Below are positions 10,606 to 19,726 of a stretch of 64,000 nt of DNA, piece by piece. The stretch's first letter is position 1. Each line of letters opens with the position of its first letter. This stretch comes from Candidatus Methylomirabilia bacterium (GTDB lineage: Bacteria; Methylomirabilota; Methylomirabilia; Rokubacteriales; CSP1-6): the NCBI GenBank assembly GCA_041497895.1, contig JBGQHJ010000001.1, positions 73,947-137,946 on the forward strand, given 5' to 3'. The notes under the pieces are model-generated. The model was not told the origin of the DNA. It made no database searches and saw only the letters and a program-made list of their open reading frames with translations. A program made the translations under genes and the position numbers.

Positions 10606-11805
10606 ATGACCCGAACTGCGGACGTGGTGGTGATCGGTGGCGGCGTCAACGGCGTGAGCATCGCCCACGCGCTGGCCGGCCGGGGCGTGCGCGTCGTGCT
10701 GGTGGAGAAGGGCGCGCTCGCGAGCGGAGCCTCGGGGCGGTCGAGCGCGCTCGTCCGCATGCACTACACCAACGAGTGGGACGCGCGCCTGGCCTGGGCG
10801 AGCTTCCCGGTCTTCCGGAACTGGCCCGAGCTGATGGGCGGGCCGCCGGTGTTCACCCACACCGGCTTCGTCAACGTGGTGGGCCCCGCCCACGGGGAGA
10901 ACCTGCGGCGCAACGTGGCGATGCTCCAGGGCATCGGCGTGCCGACGCGCGCGATCACGCCCGACGAGCTGCGCGCGCTCCAGCCCTTCGCCCACGTGGA
11001 CGACGTGGGCGCGGCCGCCTACGAGCCGGAGAGCGGCTATGCCGATCCGGCCGAGACCGTCGAGGGCTTCCGCCGCCGGGCCACCGAGCTGGGCGCGCGG
11101 ATCCTGCCGTGGACGGCGGTGACGCGCATCGACCGCGGCGAGAGCCGCGTGCGGGGTGTGGAGACCACGGCCGGGCGCATCGAGGCCGGGAGCGTGGTGG
11201 TGGCCGCGGGTGCCTGGTCGCGCCGTCTCTGCCAGGAGATGGGGCTCGCGCTGCCCGCGCGGCCCAAGGCCATCGACACGGTGGCGGTGAGCCGACCCGC
11301 CGAGCTGCGCGAGCCGCACATGGTCTTCATCGACAACGTGCTCGGCAACTACTTCCGCCCGGAGGCGGGCGGCCTCACCCTGGTCGGGGTGCCGTGCCAG
11401 GAGTGGGACATCGATCCGGACACGCTCGGCACCGGGCTGCCGCCCGAGGCGGCCGGCCTCGGCGCGGCGCTGCTCACGCATCGCATCCCGGCGATGGAGC
11501 GCGCCACGCTGGCCCGCGGCTACCGCGCCTTCGACGGCTACAGCCCGGATCGTCACGCGATCCTGGGCGCGGTCGACGGCATCGACGGCCTCTACCTGGC
11601 CACCGCCTTCAGCGGCTCCGGCTTCAAGATCGCGCCCGCGGTGGGCGCGTGCATGGCCGAGCTGATCACGGATGGCCGGGCCAAGACGGTCGACATCGAG
11701 CCCTTCGGACTCGCGCGCTTCGCGGCCGGCCGGCCGGTGGCGACGCCGCACCCGTACGCGGTCCGGCCCGACCACGTCGATCCGGCCGCGGCCGGGCGCG
11801 CGTGA
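10606..11805 (+). CDS. FAD-dependent oxidoreductase (DAO / sarcosine oxidase beta-like)
   Basis: VIGGGVNG, GASGRS, SPD...LG, FSGSGFKIAP. Confidence 0.88.
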   Translation: MTRTADVVVIGGGVNGVSIAHALAGRGVRVVLVEKGALASGASGRSSALVRMHYTNEWDARLAWASFPVFRNWPELMGGPPVFTHTGFVNVVGPAHGENLRRNVAMLQGIGVPTRAITPDELRALQPFAHVDDVGAAAYEPESGYADPAETVEGFRRRATELGARILPWTAVTRIDRGESRVRGVETTAGRIEAGSVVVAAGAWSRRLCQEMGLALPARPKAIDTVAVSRPAELREPHMVFIDNVLGNYFRPEAGGLTLVGVPCQEWDIDPDTLGTGLPPEAAGLGAALLTHRIPAMERATLARGYRAFDGYSPDRHAILGAVDGIDGLYLATAFSGSGFKIAPAVGACMAELITDGRAKTVDIEPFGLARFAAGRPVATPHPYAVRPDHVDPAAAGRA

Positions 11806-12527
11806 TCGACGGCGCGGCCGCCGGCCGCCCGCCCGGCGTCGAGTTCCACACCTTCACGGTGGTCGGCCGCTGCCGCCGCACCGGGCGCCTGGGCGTCGGC
11901 ACCGCGACGCGCTCGCTCGCGGTCGGGGCCCGGGTGCCGCACGTGCGGGCCGGGCTCGGCGCGGTCGCGATCATGGCCATCGCCGACGCGCGCCTGGGCC
12001 AGATGGCGCTCCGGCTCCTCGAGCTGGGCTACAAGGCGCCCGCGGTGGTGGAAGAGCTGGTGCGCGCCGACCCCTACGCGGAGTATCGCCAGCTCGGGGT
12101 CATCGACGGCGACGGCTTCGCGGCCGCGCGCACCGGGCAGAAGAACCGCGAGTGGGCCGGCCAGCGCGTGCGCGAGGACCACATCGTGCTCGGCAACTAT
12201 CTGACCGGCGAGCACATCCTCGAGGCGATGGAGCGCGCGTTCACCGCGCATCCCGACGAGGACCTAGAGGAGCGGCTGTTGCGCGGCATCGAGGCGGGCC
12301 GGGACGCGGGGGGCCAGCACGGCGGCCAGCAGTCCGCGGCCCTGCTGGTCTACGAGGACCGCTCGTTCGCGCACGTGGACCTCCGCGTCGACGTGCACCC
12401 GGAGCCGGTCGGCGAGCTGCGTCGAGTGTTCGACGCCTACCGCCCCGCGATCCCGTACTACAACCTGCGCCAGGTCGACGCGCGGGTCCCGCCGCTGCCC
12501 GACTGGCTGCGCGACCGGTCGCGCTGA
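11802..12527 (+). CDS. DUF1028 family Ntn-hydrolase-like protein
   Basis: HTFTVV...GVG...LAVGARVP, RQLGVID, QSAALLV, DLRVD; GTGA overlap with upstream stop. Confidence 0.85.
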   Translation: MIDGAAAGRPPGVEFHTFTVVGRCRRTGRLGVGTATRSLAVGARVPHVRAGLGAVAIMAIADARLGQMALRLLELGYKAPAVVEELVRADPYAEYRQLGVIDGDGFAAARTGQKNREWAGQRVREDHIVLGNYLTGEHILEAMERAFTAHPDEDLEERLLRGIEAGRDAGGQHGGQQSAALLVYEDRSFAHVDLRVDVHPEPVGELRRVFDAYRPAIPYYNLRQVDARVPPLPDWLRDRSR

Positions 12528-12540
12528 GGCTCCGCGGCCG

Positions 12541-14904
12541 TCAGCGCGCGGCGGCGCGGATCGCGCGCCACACGCGCTCCGGGGTCACCGGCATCTCGAG
12601 GTGCTCCACGCCCAGCTCGGCGAGGGCGTCGACCAACGCGTTGACCACCGCGCCGAGCGCCGGGGTGGTCCCGCCCTCGCCGCCGCCGCGGAGCCCGAGC
12701 GGGTTCGAGGTCGACTCGACCTCGCTGATCTCGGTCGCGAACGACGGCAGCAGGTCGGCGCGCGGCATCGCGTAATCCATGAAGGTGGCGGAGCGGAGCT
12801 GGCCCGACTCCGGGTCGTAGTCGGAGAGCTCCCAGAGCGCCTGGCCCACCCCCTGCGCGATGCCCCCGTGCGTCTGGCCGTGCACGATGAGCGGGTTGAT
12901 GGCGCGCCCCACGTCGTCCACGCTGCTGTAGCGGACGATCTCGACCTCGCCGGTCTCCGGGTCGACCTCGACCTCGCAGACCGCCGAGCCGTAGGGGAAG
13001 GACGGCGTGCTCACCGTCTCGTCGCACTCGCCCTCGAGCGGGCCGCGCAGGTCGGCCGGCGCGTCGTCCCGGAGCGCGGCGGCCGCGACCGCGAAGAGAT
13101 CGACCGCGCGGTCGGTCCCGCGGACGCGGAAGCGCCGCGCGGCGAACTCCACGTCCTCCACCGCGGACTCGAGCAGCCAGGCCGCGAGCCGGGCTCCCCG
13201 CGCCACGAGCCGGTCGGAGGCCTTGGCCATCACCACTCCGCCCAGGCGCATGGAGCGTCCGGAGTGCGAGCCGCCGCCGACCGCGACCCGGTCGGTGTCG
13301 CCCGCGATGAGGCGGACGAGCGAAGGCTCCACGCCGAGCCATTCCGCGATGAGCTGGGCGAACGCGGTCTCGTGGCCCTGGCCCGCCGAGAGCGTGCCGA
13401 TGACCACGTCGATCCAGCCGTCCGGCTGCGCGGTGACCTGCGCGCGCTCGCGCGGGGCGCCGGTCGCGATCTCGATGTAGTTGGCGAGCCCGATGCCGCG
13501 GTAGCGTCCCCGCCGGTGCGCCTCCGCGCGACGGGCCTCGAAGCCGGCCCAGTCGGCGAGCGCGAGCACGCGGTCCTGCGCGGCCGGGTAGTCGCCGCTG
13601 TCGTAGACGATGCCGAAGGGATTGGTGTAGGGCATCGCGCCGGGCGGGATCAGGTTGCGTCGCCGCAGCGCCACCCGGTCGAAGCCGTGGCGGCGGGCGG
13701 CCAGGTCGATCAGCCGCTCCATCACGAACATCACCTGCGGCCGGCCCGCGCTGCGGTAGGCGGAGAGCGGCGAGGTGTTGCTGTGCACCGCACGGCCGCG
13801 GACCGCCGCGACCGGCAGGCGGTAGACGGTCGTGGAGAGCTCGCGGCCCTTGTTGAGCGGCACGAAGGTCACCGCGTGCGCGCCCACGTTACTCGTGTTG
13901 GTGCCGCGCAGGGCGAGGAACGTCCCGTCCGCGTCGAGGGCCAGCTCCATGGTCGAGACCAGATCGCGCGCCTGGTAGTCGGAGAGGAACATCTCCCGCC
14001 GGTCGCCCGTCCACTTGACCGGCCGGCCGAGCCGGCGGGCCGCCCAGGCCACCAGCGAGTACTCGGGGTAGGAGCTGTTGCGGGTGCCGTAGTTGCCGCC
14101 GACGTCCTGGGCCACCACGCGCACACTGGCCTCGGGCACCCGGAGCACCTCGGCGAGATCGCTCTTGAGGCGCACCGAGCCGCCCGAGCCCGCGTAGAGG
14201 GTGTAGCGCCCGGTCGCCGCGTCGTGGACGCCGAGCGCCGCGCGCGGCTCCATCGGCACCCCGGTGATGCGCGGCACCCAGGTGTCGAGCCGCACCACGT
14301 GGGCGGCGGTCGCGAAGGCGGCGTCGGCCGCGCGCGCGTCGCCGGCCAGCGAGTCGACGCACACGTTGCTCCCGAGCTCGTCCCAGAGCACCGGCGCGCC
14401 GGATCCAGCCGCGTCGCGGGTGACCGCCACCGACGGCAGTGGCTCCCAGTCGACGTGGACGTGCAGGGCCGCGTCGGCGGCCAGGGCGGCGGTCTCCGCG
14501 ACCACCATCGCCACCGCCTCGCCCGGGAAACGGGCCCGGTCGACGGGCAGCGGCGGGTAGGGCGCGACGAAGATCGGCGCGCCCCCGGCACCGCCGAGGG
14601 GGAACTCGTTCGGGTTGGTGGGCACCGGGCGATGGGGGAGGTCCGCGAGGCCGTCGTCGGCCGCGTCGCGCCCGGTGAGCACCGCGAGCACGCCGGGCGC
14701 GGCGAGCGCGGCGGCCGCGTCGATCGCCCGGATGCGGGCGTGCGGGTGCGGCGACCGCACGAAGCACGCATACGCCTGCCCGGGCAGGGCGACGTCGTCG
14801 CTGAAGCGACCGCGGCCGGTGATGAGGCGGGGATCTTCCTGACGCTTCAGCGGCGTGCCGAAGCCCCGGGGCACCGCGCGGGCGCGGGAGGCGAGGAAGC
14901 TCAT
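12541..14904 (-). CDS. Xanthine dehydrogenase family molybdopterin-binding large subunit (CoxL-like)
   Basis: RQEDPRLITGRG, VGGNYG, AYRSAGRP, GQGHET, GQTHGGIAQGVGQAL, GGGEGG. Confidence 0.92.
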   Translation of the reverse strand: MSFLASRARAVPRGFGTPLKRQEDPRLITGRGRFSDDVALPGQAYACFVRSPHPHARIRAIDAAAALAAPGVLAVLTGRDAADDGLADLPHRPVPTNPNEFPLGGAGGAPIFVAPYPPLPVDRARFPGEAVAMVVAETAALAADAALHVHVDWEPLPSVAVTRDAAGSGAPVLWDELGSNVCVDSLAGDARAADAAFATAAHVVRLDTWVPRITGVPMEPRAALGVHDAATGRYTLYAGSGGSVRLKSDLAEVLRVPEASVRVVAQDVGGNYGTRNSSYPEYSLVAWAARRLGRPVKWTGDRREMFLSDYQARDLVSTMELALDADGTFLALRGTNTSNVGAHAVTFVPLNKGRELSTTVYRLPVAAVRGRAVHSNTSPLSAYRSAGRPQVMFVMERLIDLAARRHGFDRVALRRRNLIPPGAMPYTNPFGIVYDSGDYPAAQDRVLALADWAGFEARRAEAHRRGRYRGIGLANYIEIATGAPRERAQVTAQPDGWIDVVIGTLSAGQGHETAFAQLIAEWLGVEPSLVRLIAGDTDRVAVGGGSHSGRSMRLGGVVMAKASDRLVARGARLAAWLLESAVEDVEFAARRFRVRGTDRAVDLFAVAAAALRDDAPADLRGPLEGECDETVSTPSFPYGSAVCEVEVDPETGEVEIVRYSSVDDVGRAINPLIVHGQTHGGIAQGVGQALWELSDYDPESGQLRSATFMDYAMPRADLLPSFATEISEVESTSNPLGLRGGGEGGTTPALGAVVNALVDALAELGVEHLEMPVTPERVWRAIRAAAR

Positions 14905-14963
14905 GGGCGGCCCGTCATCTTACCGCTTGCGCCGGGCTCACCGAGACGGTAAACAGACCGGGC

Positions 14964-15809
14964 ATGCAAGGCAAGGTCGTCGTCGTCACCGGCGGCACGT
15001 CCGGGATCGGGCAGGTCGCGGCCGAGCAGCTCGCCGGCAAGGGCGCGCGCCTGGTGCTGGTGGCGCGCGATCGCGCGCGCGGCGAGGCCGCGCTCGAGCG
15101 CCTGCGGGCGCGCGGCCCGGGAGTCCCCCACCGCGCGCACTACGCCGATCTCTCCCTGGTCGGCGACACCAGGCGCGTGGCGGCGGAGATCGCGGCGGCC
15201 GAGCCGCGCGTCGACGTGCTGATCAACAACGCGGGGGCCATGTTCGGCACCCGCCGGGTCACCCCGGACGGGCTCGAGCTCACGTTCGCGCTCAACCACA
15301 TGGCCTACTTCCTGCTCACCCATGGCCTGCGCGAGCGGCTGCGCGCGGCCGCGCCGGCGCGGGTGGTCAACACCGCCTCGGGCGCCCACCGGCGCGCCCG
15401 CCTCGACTTCGACGATCTGCAGTCGGCCCGCGGCTACCGGGGCTTCATGGTCTACAGCCGCTCCAAGCTGTGCAACATTCTCTACACGCGCGAGCTGGCT
15501 CGGCGCTGGGCCGGGACCGGGGTCACCGCCAACAGCCTGCACCCGGGCTTCGTGGCCACCCGCTTCGGCGACGCGAGCGGCGGGCTCTTCTCGTACGTGG
15601 TGCGCGCGTCCAAGAAGGTGTTCGGGCTCTCGCTCGAGAAGGGCGCGGAGACCCTCGTCTTCCTCGCGTCGTCGCCTCAGATCGCGACGATCAGCGGGGG
15701 CTACTTCTACCAGTGCCACCTCGCCGCGCCGACCCGCGCCGCCCAGGACGACGCCGCGGCCCGCCGGCTGTGGGCCGAGACGGAGCGCCTGGCCGGGGTG
15801 ACCACCTGA
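14964..15809 (+). CDS. SDR family oxidoreductase (retinol dehydrogenase-like)
   Basis: TGGTSGIG, NNAG, FALNH, YSRSK, LHPGFV. Confidence 0.9.
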   Translation: MQGKVVVVTGGTSGIGQVAAEQLAGKGARLVLVARDRARGEAALERLRARGPGVPHRAHYADLSLVGDTRRVAAEIAAAEPRVDVLINNAGAMFGTRRVTPDGLELTFALNHMAYFLLTHGLRERLRAAAPARVVNTASGAHRRARLDFDDLQSARGYRGFMVYSRSKLCNILYTRELARRWAGTGVTANSLHPGFVATRFGDASGGLFSYVVRASKKVFGLSLEKGAETLVFLASSPQIATISGGYFYQCHLAAPTRAAQDDAAARRLWAETERLAGVTT

Positions 15810-15811
15810 CG

Positions 15812-16486
15812 ATGGCGAGCCGGGCCGGCCCGGCGGCCGGCGTCCTCGTCCTCATGGCCCTCGCGCTGGCGGCGCCGGGTCGGTCGCGCGGAGACGACTG
15901 GCCGGCGCCCCGGACCCGCGAGGTCTTCGCCCCCTCGCGCGAGTACTTCGTCCGGGTGATCCCCGGCAAGGGCTTCGGCGAGACCGTCGGCTTTCGCGGG
16001 GCGCCCACCGGGCCGCCGGCGACGGCCGAGCTCTACCGGCGCGCGAGCGACGGCTCGTACCGGCCGGTGTGGACGGTGAGCCTCGTGAACCCGGTGGCCC
16101 CGATCGACGTCTTCGTGACCGATCGCGGCTACCTGGCGACGCTCGACAACTGGCACAACCTGGGCTACGGCCGGGTGGTCGCGTTCTACTCTCCCGCGGG
16201 CGTCCTGATTCGCGCCTACACCCTCGCCGACCTGTTCTCGGCCGCCGAGATCGACGCGCGGCGGAGATCGGTCTCGTCGATCTGGTGGCGGAAGCCGCCC
16301 GCCTACGTGCGACCGGATCAGCAGACCCTGTACGTGACGGTGGATGACGCGGGCCGCGAGCTCCTGTTCGAGACCGAGACCGGCGCCTACCAGTACTGCG
16401 AGCCGCGCGATGCGACGCGCCGGTGCCGTAGCGCGAACGGCCCACGGCAGTGGCGCGGTTACGTCGATCCGCCGCCGCGACCGTGA
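15812..16486 (+). CDS. Hypothetical exported protein
   Basis: Signal peptide, natural codon bias, starts 2 nt after upstream stop; TLDNWHNLGYG segment. Confidence 0.7.
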   Translation: MASRAGPAAGVLVLMALALAAPGRSRGDDWPAPRTREVFAPSREYFVRVIPGKGFGETVGFRGAPTGPPATAELYRRASDGSYRPVWTVSLVNPVAPIDVFVTDRGYLATLDNWHNLGYGRVVAFYSPAGVLIRAYTLADLFSAAEIDARRRSVSSIWWRKPPAYVRPDQQTLYVTVDDAGRELLFETETGAYQYCEPRDATRRCRSANGPRQWRGYVDPPPRP

Positions 16487-16504
16487 GGCCGGCCCGCCCC
16501 GGCG

Positions 16505-17107
16505 TCAGGGGCGGCGGGCATCGACGACGAGCGTGCCGATGATCTGCTCGATCACGCGGTCGTAGCCGGTGTCGCCCCGCGGCGCCTCGAGAAAGCTGCG
16601 GTGGCCGGTGAACTCGAGGACCGCTCCGTCCCGGAGCGGCACGAGGTAGTAGAAGGCGGCGCTGCCGTATGGCCCGGGGAAGCCCGGGAACTTCTGCACG
16701 CGGTGGGGGCCGATCGTGATCTCGGTGATGGCCGCTCCGTAGATCTGGCGTCCCAGGTCCCGCCGGGCGGCGGCGGCCGATCCGTCCTGCGGCTCGATCG
16801 TGATCGCGGTGATCTCGCCCGCCGGGAGGGCCGCGCGGTCCCGCGACCCCACGCGCGCCACCTCCACCAGCACCAGCGCGCGCTCGAACGGGAGCCGGCC
16901 GCCGGAGGCGCGCAGCGTCTTCGCGAGATCCGGCGGGAGATCGTTGCGATAGGCCCCCGCGACGAAGCGCGCCGGATAGCGCAGGACGAAGCCCTCCTGG
17001 CCGTCGCGGTGCAGCACCCACGGTCCCTCCTGGGCGGAGGCGAACGCCGCCGCGCTCAGGAGCCCGAGCGCCACGATCACGCGGCCGGGCCGCGACCAGC
17101 GCCTCAT
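16505..17107 (-). CDS. Hypothetical exported protein
   Basis: MRRWSRPGRVIVALGLLSAAAFASA signal; ATGA overlap with upstream gene. Confidence 0.7.
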   Translation of the reverse strand: MRRWSRPGRVIVALGLLSAAAFASAQEGPWVLHRDGQEGFVLRYPARFVAGAYRNDLPPDLAKTLRASGGRLPFERALVLVEVARVGSRDRAALPAGEITAITIEPQDGSAAAARRDLGRQIYGAAITEITIGPHRVQKFPGFPGPYGSAAFYYLVPLRDGAVLEFTGHRSFLEAPRGDTGYDRVIEQIIGTLVVDARRP

Positions 17108-18396
17108 GTGCGGGCCGGCTCCGCGTCGCGCACCGCCCGGACGAGCGCGCCCCGCAGTCGCCCCGGCGTCACCCGGCCGACGATGACGCCCTCGGCCTGG
17201 ACGAAGCGCGCGAGCGAGCCGGTCGCCTCGGCGAGCCCGACCAGCATCGCTTCCCGGTCGAGCGGGTCGCCGCCCGCGGGCGGCGCCTGGCCCCGGGCTG
17301 CCCACGGCTCGAGGTGCACGTGGCGCACCTCGAGGCGGCGGTCGCCGCGGTGGGCCTTGGCGTCGATCCGGCCGACGAGCTGGCCGTCGTGGAGGATGGG
17401 CAGCGTGTAGTAGCCGTGGACGCGCTTCGGGCCCGGGGTGTAGACCTCGATCCGGTAGTCGAAGCCGAAGAGGCGCGATACGCGATCGCGGTACCAGAGC
17501 AGCGAATCGAACGGCGAGAGGAAGGTGGTGCCGTGCGAGGCCGCGGGCAGCCGCCCGGCCCGCGCCAGCGCGGGCAGGTCGCGGCTGAGCGCGAGCCACC
17601 GCGCCGGCGATTCCTCCACCGCGATCTCGGTCACGAGCCCCTCGGCCACCATCGCGCGCAGCGCGGCGCGGCGCGTGGCGGTGGCGCCGCGCGGGTAGGT
17701 GAGGTAGTGCGTGAGATCGATCTCGACCGCCGCGCCCATCGCGTGGAGCGAGCGCTCGATGTGCCAGCGCAGGAACGCCTCCGCCGACACCGCCTCGGTG
17801 CCGGGGGCGGGCGGGGCCACCCGCTCCAGGAGGTCGAAGCGCTTCTGGAAGTGGCGGCGGGAGTGGATGGTGAGCACCCCGGTCATCCACAGGTAGTGCA
17901 GCGCGTGCTGGACCGGCCGCCAGTCCCACCATCCGCCGCGGCCGCGGGGGGGCCGCCGCCCCTCGAGCTCGGCGTGGCCCATGGGGCCGCCGGCCCGGAT
18001 GAGCTCGGTCACGGTGGCGAGCAGCCGGGTGTTCTTGCGCAGCCAGCCCGACCAGCCGGTGTGGCGCACGCGGTAGTCGAGCATCGCGCGCCGCCACCAG
18101 GGAAGCATCGAGGTGGGCACGAGACAGGCCGCGTGCGCCCAGTACTCGAGGAAGAGCCGGCGACGGTAGACGAGGCGATCGAGCCGCGCCCGCTCGTAGG
18201 GCCCGAAGCGGCTCCACACCGTGAGGTAGTGCGCGCGCTCGAGGACGTTGATGGAGTCCATCTGGATGCCGCCCACGTCCTCGGCGAAGCGGGTCAGGCG
18301 GCCGGGGGTCAGGCGGTGGGCGCGCGGGCGGCCGAGGTGCTGGCGGTGCAGGAAGAGGGCCCGGACGGCGTGGCGCGGGAAGACACGCGGCGGCAT
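17104..18396 (-). CDS. YcaQ/AlkZ-like (HTH_42) crosslink-repair DNA glycosylase
   Basis: IQMDSINV (QxD) motif, HYL..WSR, EYWAHAAC, LSPFD, FGFDYRIEVYTP..KR.HGYY.LPIL. Confidence 0.88.
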   Translation of the reverse strand: MPPRVFPRHAVRALFLHRQHLGRPRAHRLTPGRLTRFAEDVGGIQMDSINVLERAHYLTVWSRFGPYERARLDRLVYRRRLFLEYWAHAACLVPTSMLPWWRRAMLDYRVRHTGWSGWLRKNTRLLATVTELIRAGGPMGHAELEGRRPPRGRGGWWDWRPVQHALHYLWMTGVLTIHSRRHFQKRFDLLERVAPPAPGTEAVSAEAFLRWHIERSLHAMGAAVEIDLTHYLTYPRGATATRRAALRAMVAEGLVTEIAVEESPARWLALSRDLPALARAGRLPAASHGTTFLSPFDSLLWYRDRVSRLFGFDYRIEVYTPGPKRVHGYYTLPILHDGQLVGRIDAKAHRGDRRLEVRHVHLEPWAARGQAPPAGGDPLDREAMLVGLAEATGSLARFVQAEGVIVGRVTPGRLRGALVRAVRDAEPART

Positions 18397-18471
18397 GACG
18401 CCTGAGCGTATCATCCTGGAACCGGGCGCGCGGGGTGATCGAGTGAGCGATGCGAGATGGGGAGGGAAGAG

Positions 18472-18855
18472 ATGAACGTCACCCGACTGCTGCCGAACAT
18501 CTGCACGGATCGAATGGCCGAAACGCGCGATTTCTACATCGACCTCCTTGGATTCGTGGTGCGGTTCGAGCACCTCGGGTGGTACATCCAGCTGTCGTCG
18601 GCGGCCGACCCGCAGTTGCAGATCGGCATCGTGCGCCGCGACCACGAGTTCACACCCAGGGCCTTCCAGCAGCCGGCCCAGGGGGTGATCCTCTCGGTTC
18701 AGGTCGACGACGTCGACGCCGCGTATGCGGCGGTGGTGAAGCGCGGCTTCCGGATCGCGGACGAGCTGCGCGATGAGGCCTTCGGTATGAGGCATTTCAT
18801 GGTTACCGATCCGAACGGGCTGCTCGTCAACATCCTCGCGTTCCCGGCGGCGTGA
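18472..18855 (+). CDS. VOC/glyoxalase family protein
   Basis: FYIDLLGF, VDDVDAAY, FGMRHF.VTDPNG. Confidence 0.88.
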   Translation: MNVTRLLPNICTDRMAETRDFYIDLLGFVVRFEHLGWYIQLSSAADPQLQIGIVRRDHEFTPRAFQQPAQGVILSVQVDDVDAAYAAVVKRGFRIADELRDEAFGMRHFMVTDPNGLLVNILAFPAA

Positions 18856-18892
18856 AGTGCTAGACGGGAGCTTGCTTCCGGGCCGCAGCCGA

Positions 18893-18922
18893 GTAAACAA
18901 TCAGAGCAGGTGGCGCGTCCAA
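18893..18922 (+). promoter_or_regulatory. Candidate ECF sigma promoter GTAAAC-N17-CGTCCAA
   Basis: Identical motif and spacing recur at 59833-59862 (minus); AAC/CGT boxes are typical of ECF promoters. Confidence 0.55.
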
Positions 18923-18949
18923 GCGGGTAGCCCAGGAGGGGGCGGAACC

Positions 18950-19699
18950 ATGAAGACATCTCGGGGACTCCTGATCGCGATCCTGCTCACCGGTCTTGCC
19001 GCGGCCGCGCCGGCCTGGGCGGTGGAGTATCGCCTCGAGGTCGCCAGCCTCTGGGAGAGCGCGCTCTATCCCTTTGCCAAGACTGCCGAGCTGAGCGACG
19101 GAGCGTCCGGGCCGGGGCTCGACCGGCTCGAGGCGGGACTCGACCAGGGCGCGGTGCCGCACGCCGTCGTGCTCCGCGATCGCACGCTGCGGTGGGCCAG
19201 CGAGGGGGTCGCCCACGCGTACGGCACCGTGCGCGTGCTGGCCGAGATCAAGGCGGCCGGTGACGGCAGGCGCTGGGACGAGGTGCGCTGGGAGGGCAAG
19301 CCGGGTGAGCGGAGCGTGTGGATGGTGCTGCCCAGCGGGAGCGGGCGCCCGCAGCAGCTCTACCGGGTCCTGCTCAAGGGCGAGGGCCCGGTGCGGCAAT
19401 TCATGCCATACGTGCCGGTGGGCGGCTCACGCAGCGCGGCGGTGAAGTACCCGCTGAGCTTCCTCTGGTCCTACGAGGAGCGCGGCCTGATCTGGGACCA
19501 CTATCTCCGCCAGAGCCTCGACCTGGGCCAGGGCCTGGGCGCGGTGGTGGGCGAGAACTTCAACCAGTCGTTTCCGGACCAGGTCTACCTGATCGTGCAG
19601 CAGGCGGCCGAGCCCACGATCTACAAGGCGGTGCTGCTCTGGCGCGATCCGGCCTACAACTTCGAGGCGCCCCGCCGGCCCGGCAACCCGACCCGGTAG
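18950..19699 (+). CDS. Hypothetical exported protein
   Basis: MKTSRGLLIAILLTGLAAAAPAWA signal peptide; GGAGG upstream. Confidence 0.75.
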   Translation: MKTSRGLLIAILLTGLAAAAPAWAVEYRLEVASLWESALYPFAKTAELSDGASGPGLDRLEAGLDQGAVPHAVVLRDRTLRWASEGVAHAYGTVRVLAEIKAAGDGRRWDEVRWEGKPGERSVWMVLPSGSGRPQQLYRVLLKGEGPVRQFMPYVPVGGSRSAAVKYPLSFLWSYEERGLIWDHYLRQSLDLGQGLGAVVGENFNQSFPDQVYLIVQQAAEPTIYKAVLLWRDPAYNFEAPRRPGNPTR

Positions 19700-19726
19700 G
19701 CGCTCGCCGCCTCACCGCCCCGCGTC

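Noticed and set aside
12541..14904. Aerobic CO dehydrogenase (coxL)
   Set aside because: Lacks the Cu-ligating AYxCSFR motif and adjacent coxM/coxS
1095..14952. Many long antisense or alternative-frame ORFs in the track (e.g. 1095-3329, 6450-9236, 12601-14952, and similar throughout)
   Set aside because: They overlap well-supported genes, are Arg/Gly/Pro-rich and lack motifs; typical shadow ORFs in high-GC DNA
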